The position numbers were made by a program, and so were the translations under genes. Below, piece by piece: positions 57,167-59,935 of a stretch of DNA of 59,935 bases. Source of the DNA: a virus (Duplodnaviria > Caudoviricetes); the IMG/VR virus record IMGVR_UViG_3300005764_000020, positions 1-59,935 of that record; one strand, 5' to 3'. The notes below the pieces were generated by a model that had not been told where the DNA came from, searched no databases, and saw nothing but the letters and a program-made list of their open reading frames with translations. How positions within the stretch are numbered: the first letter of the stretch is position 1; each line of letters opens with the position of its first letter.

Positions 57167-57361
57167 CTACCTCCTCTTGCGTCGGCGCAGCTTCGTACCC
57201 TTGCCGTATGTCGCGCGGACTTTCGTGGCACGGGATGTTCCCTTCTTGCCATACTTGTTGGCCTTGGCATAGAACACCTGTGCGCCCTTTTTGGCGCCAT
57301 AGCGCTTCTTCATAGCCCTGAGGGCTTTGTTACCGCCTTTGCCATATGCTCTGCGTGGCAT
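57167..57361 (-). CDS. Small highly basic protein
   Basis: GAAAGGAGG RBS; MKKRYGAKKGAQVFYAKANK, ends RRRKRR. Confidence 0.7.
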   Translation of the reverse strand: MPRRAYGKGGNKALRAMKKRYGAKKGAQVFYAKANKYGKKGTSRATKVRATYGKGTKLRRRKRR

Positions 57362-57404
57362 CACACCTCCTTTCGGTGCAGATAGTAGCTCAGGCGGCAG
57401 ATGG

Positions 57405-57737
57405 TTACAACTCTTCCTCTTCTTCCTCATCGATGTCAGTGACCAGCTTTGTTTTTGCTTCATGGGCTTTCATGTCTTCAATCTTCTTGTTCAGGTAGCT
57501 GAGCACCTCAAACTGCCACTGCTTCCCGCAATCGCCGAGTTCATGTTGAAGCAGTTCCATGGCTTCAACAGTCTGCCAGCGCGGGTCATTGATCCAGGTT
57601 CGTGCCTGACGAACGTACTTGCCAAAGTTTGGTATGTTGTTATCTAAACTTTTGATGAGCGGCTGTAACTTACGGTGGGCAACTTCCTGCTCTTTTGCTT
57701 TCATCGCCTTGTAGAATGGTGCGTCTTCAATTGGCAA
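57405..57737 (-). CDS. Hypothetical protein, first gene of - strand arm
   Basis: AAAGGAGG RBS, TTG start. Confidence 0.65.
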   Translation of the reverse strand: MPIEDAPFYKAMKAKEQEVAHRKLQPLIKSLDNNIPNFGKYVRQARTWINDPRWQTVEAMELLQHELGDCGKQWQFEVLSYLNKKIEDMKAHEAKTKLVTDIDEEEEEEL

Positions 57738-57919
57738 GGTGCTCCTCCTTTGCCTCTCGCTCCCCCGCGCGAGCGCACGGGCGCTGGGATGGGTGGTCTG
57801 CGTATGTTGTTGCTCGCCCCCGCGCGAGGGGCGCGGAGTAAGTATACTATATTCAATTCTCTCGCGTAGGGGCGGGGGCGAGAGTCATGTGAATGTGTAG
57901 ATGTGTGGTGTTCGGGCGT

Positions 57920-58135
57920 AGCGTACGCGGGGGCGGGCGCGCGTAGAGGTGTGGAATTGGGTGTTCCGCGTACGCGGGGGCGTGAAATTGGGTGTATTTT
58001 GTGTGAAATTGGGTGTTTTTGGTGGCGAGCGGTGTGAAAATGGTGTATTTTGTGTGAAAATTGGGTTTAGGTGTAAAATTGTGTGGAAATTTGAAAACCA
58101 TGTGATAGCAGGCTGTTTTCTGTGGAATTGGGTGC
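57920..58135. repeat. G/T-skewed region of degenerate GTG(A/G)AATTGGGTG repeats plus two CGTACGCGGGGGC copies
   Basis: AATTGGGT(G) near 57955, 57986, 58007, 58059, 58126; 13-mer at 57922 and 57969. Confidence 0.8.
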
Positions 58136-58416
58136 TTAAAGCATGAAAATTGACATAACATGAACGACAGCAATAGCTCATCCGGAGTCCCTTTAGGTTT
58201 TCTCTGGCGAGTTGGGGCGCGGGCAAGTGCGGCCCGGATTCCGCTTAGCTACTGGGTTTCCGCGTGGGTGCGCGCAGTAGCGTTCTCCAATAGGGCTACT
58301 AGACCAGGGCTAGTAGGGGATCTCGGATTCGATTACTTACGAGTCCTTTAGAATTGGCCGCTACCCTTAGGGAGATGGGTTCGGAGAGGCCGAGCCCCGA
58401 ACGATAGGAGTACGAT

Positions 58417-58668
58417 ATGTCCGTCTTTATCCCGACCCGCGAAAATTGTCTCGCGGAACTCGCGGATCCCGACAACCCGAACGCCCTCCGCGTACCGGAA
58501 GGCGAAAAGCCGACCGCGACCCGCGTCCGGAAGGCCCGCGCGAAGGGGTTCCGGTACGAGCGGATCGCCGCCGCGTACGGCATCTCGCCGAAGGCCGTCC
58601 GGGAACTCGAAAAGGCCAAGGGCGAGGCCATCTGGACGGGGAAGGGGACGAAGGCGCATCTCGCCTAG
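58417..58668 (+). CDS. Small HTH-like protein, paralog of the 2489..2959 domain
   Basis: FRYERIAAAYGISPKAVREL...WTGKG; AGGAG RBS. Confidence 0.7.
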   Translation: MSVFIPTRENCLAELADPDNPNALRVPEGEKPTATRVRKARAKGFRYERIAAAYGISPKAVRELEKAKGEAIWTGKGTKAHLA

Positions 58669-59400
58669 TCCGTAGGGAGTTGGGCGCCGAAAGGCGCCCT
58701 TCTCCGTACGGATCAGGCAAGACTAAGCCAACTCGATCAGGTAAAATCGAGGTAAGCTCCGTACGCCCGAGCGGGAGGCTAAGCAAGCCCAACCCGCCGG
58801 GGAAGCCCAACGGTAGGCTCAACGTTGGCGATCCGAAGCCCAACGTAGAATAACCAACCGGCCGAAAGCTCGACGCAAAGCCCATCGGCGCTTCTCCCGT
58901 CCGCATGAAGACGCGAGTTACGAACCAATCGCAACGGATCTTGCGGGGAGCGGGGGCCAACGACGCGGATGACGCCTCTTGCGGATAGCCTCAAAGGCTA
59001 CGGTAGAGAGCAATGAGCCAATCGCCCAACGCCCGAAGCGGCAAGGACGTGTTGGATGCGCCCGATGATCGGGGACGAGCCAAGTCTCGGCAGTTGTAGT
59101 GGGGCCACAAGACCGCCTATGCGGTGCTTGAGGGTTAGCTGAACTCAACTGTTGGAGAAAACTGGCGCCCGGCGCAATGGGAGCAAGCTCATTAGGAGCT
59201 AGCGTCAACCTCCCGCGTTAGATGATTCGGCAGCAACGAGGATCCAAGACCAACGAGTCGATCAAGGACAAGAAACGTTGGGTGGGACGGAGCGAGGCAA
59301 GCATGCGACAAGCCCATAGGAGGCACTTGCGCTCGCAATGGAGAATTGGTTATGTACCCTCTCCTTTCGGGGGTCGGGCCCAAGCAATTGGGCTCGGCCG
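58669..59400 (+). ncRNA. Candidate large structured non-coding RNA
   Basis: No credible CDS; many local hairpins, GNRA loops, nested long-range helices 58756-62/59287-93 and 58839-46/59275-82. Confidence 0.55.
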
Positions 59401-59458
59401 GGTGCGCCCAATCAAGGGCGTCGCCGGTCGAACAACGACCAAACGAAAGGAGAGCAAC

Positions 59459-59566
59459 ATGCTCTACATCTTGGCAGCAATGCCAATCGCAGCAACGCTC
59501 CTCGTCGCCCTACCAATCATGGGCGGCTTGTGGAGCCGCAGCAAGGGCGGGAGGATGGGCTGGTGA
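59459..59566 (+). CDS. 35-aa single-TM peptide
   Basis: GAAAGGAG RBS; MLYILAAMPIAATLLVALPIMGGLW. Confidence 0.6.
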   Translation: MLYILAAMPIAATLLVALPIMGGLWSRSKGGRMGW

Positions 59567-59778
59567 CCAAGAAAAAGCCAGGCAAGGTGAGCTTCAAGAA
59601 GGCTCGCAACTACCAACGGCCGTTCTTGGACACGGCTTCAACAGGCATCCCGTACATCGACCGCGAGCTAGCACAAGCAGTCAACTGCGACGCTTGTCCG
59701 AACATCGGGATCTTGACCTTCATGCGCGAGGGCAAGCGGCTACATCGCTGCCCCAAGCATGTTAACTGGGTAGCTTGA
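59563..59778 (+). CDS. Small zinc-finger-like protein
   Basis: GTGA overlap; CDAC...HRCPKH. Confidence 0.6.
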   Translation: MTKKKPGKVSFKKARNYQRPFLDTASTGIPYIDRELAQAVNCDACPNIGILTFMREGKRLHRCPKHVNWVA

Positions 59779-59781
59779 TAG

Positions 59782-59856
59782 CGCGTCGAGTTGAAAACCG
59801 AGTCAACTCGGCGCGGTAGCAACCGCTACCGCAGACAACAACCGCAAGGAGGGTGC
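59782..59856 (+). promoter_or_regulatory. Two-hairpin leader plus SD (copy 6)
   Basis: CGCGTCGAGTTGA...TCAACTCGGCGCG, then GGTAGC-AACC-GCTACC, then AAGGAGGGTGC before ATG 59860. Confidence 0.7.
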
Positions 59857-59859
59857 ACA

Positions 59860-59935
59860 ATGGCTCTCAAGCCATACAAACGCGAAAGACCGGGCGTTAA
59901 TGAGATCGCTCGTGTCAATACCAATTACGATGGTC
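59860..59935 (+). CDS. Hypothetical protein, truncated at window end
   Basis: Strong RBS; MALKPYKRERPG... Confidence 0.55.
   Translation, partial: MALKPYKRERPGVNEIARVNTNYDG

Larger units (their letters stand above)
1..59935. mobile_element. Tailed dsDNA bacteriophage genome with contractile tail, near-complete, apparently lytic
   Basis: Terminase, portal, capsid, sheath, tube, tape measure and baseplate genes on - strand; replication genes on + strand; no host housekeeping genes or integrase seen. Confidence 0.95.

Noticed and set aside
58150-58180. sigma70 promoter at TTGACA
   Set aside because: No convincing -10 element at 16-18 bp spacing
57853-58226. - strand ORFs with HTKYT/NTPNF repeats
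   Set aside because: Translations of the DNA repeat region; no RBS
58660-58730. Group I intron core (TAGTC / AGACTA)
   Set aside because: Elements are in the wrong order for the R/S core and no gene is interrupted; better explained as local pairing
58427-59400. ORFs 58446..58853, 58427..58960, 58918..59208 and the upstream parts of 59222..59566 and 59338..59778
   Set aside because: No RBS, Arg/Pro-rich off-frame composition, overlap with better-supported genes

Overview
The window is a near-complete, high-GC tailed phage genome, apparently lytic (no integrase or repressor seen), with a contractile tail and a probable actinobacterial host (inferred). The + strand arm (about 58417-59935 continuing into 1-22025) carries early and replication genes: SNF2-type helicase, Cas4/RecB-like nuclease, AAA ATPase, SSB-like protein, TOPRIM primase fused to an MCM-like helicase, an oxidoreductase/HAD/Nmad1-like cluster, DnaE, HU-like protein, a ThyX variant and four HNH genes. 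The - strand arm (about 57737 to 22180) carries RuvC-like resolvase, terminase, a lysis cassette, portal, a fifth HNH gene, protease/scaffold, capsid, a duplicated fibre-like module, sheath, tube, tape measure and baseplate. The most unusual signals are not ordinary genes: (1) a ~700-nt densely structured non-coding RNA candidate at 58669-59400; (2) a recurring element of long hairpin + short hairpin + AGAAAGGAGGGTAC ribosome-binding site before early genes; (3) a likely programmed -1 frameshift at CCCTTAG (2953-2959) in an HTH-like gene, with both products ending in a KARTRAQ motif; (4) a 13-bp GC-rich element shared by two long intergenic regions; (5) a candidate DNA base-modification pathway. 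All product calls come from motif recognition by eye; no database search or folding program was run.
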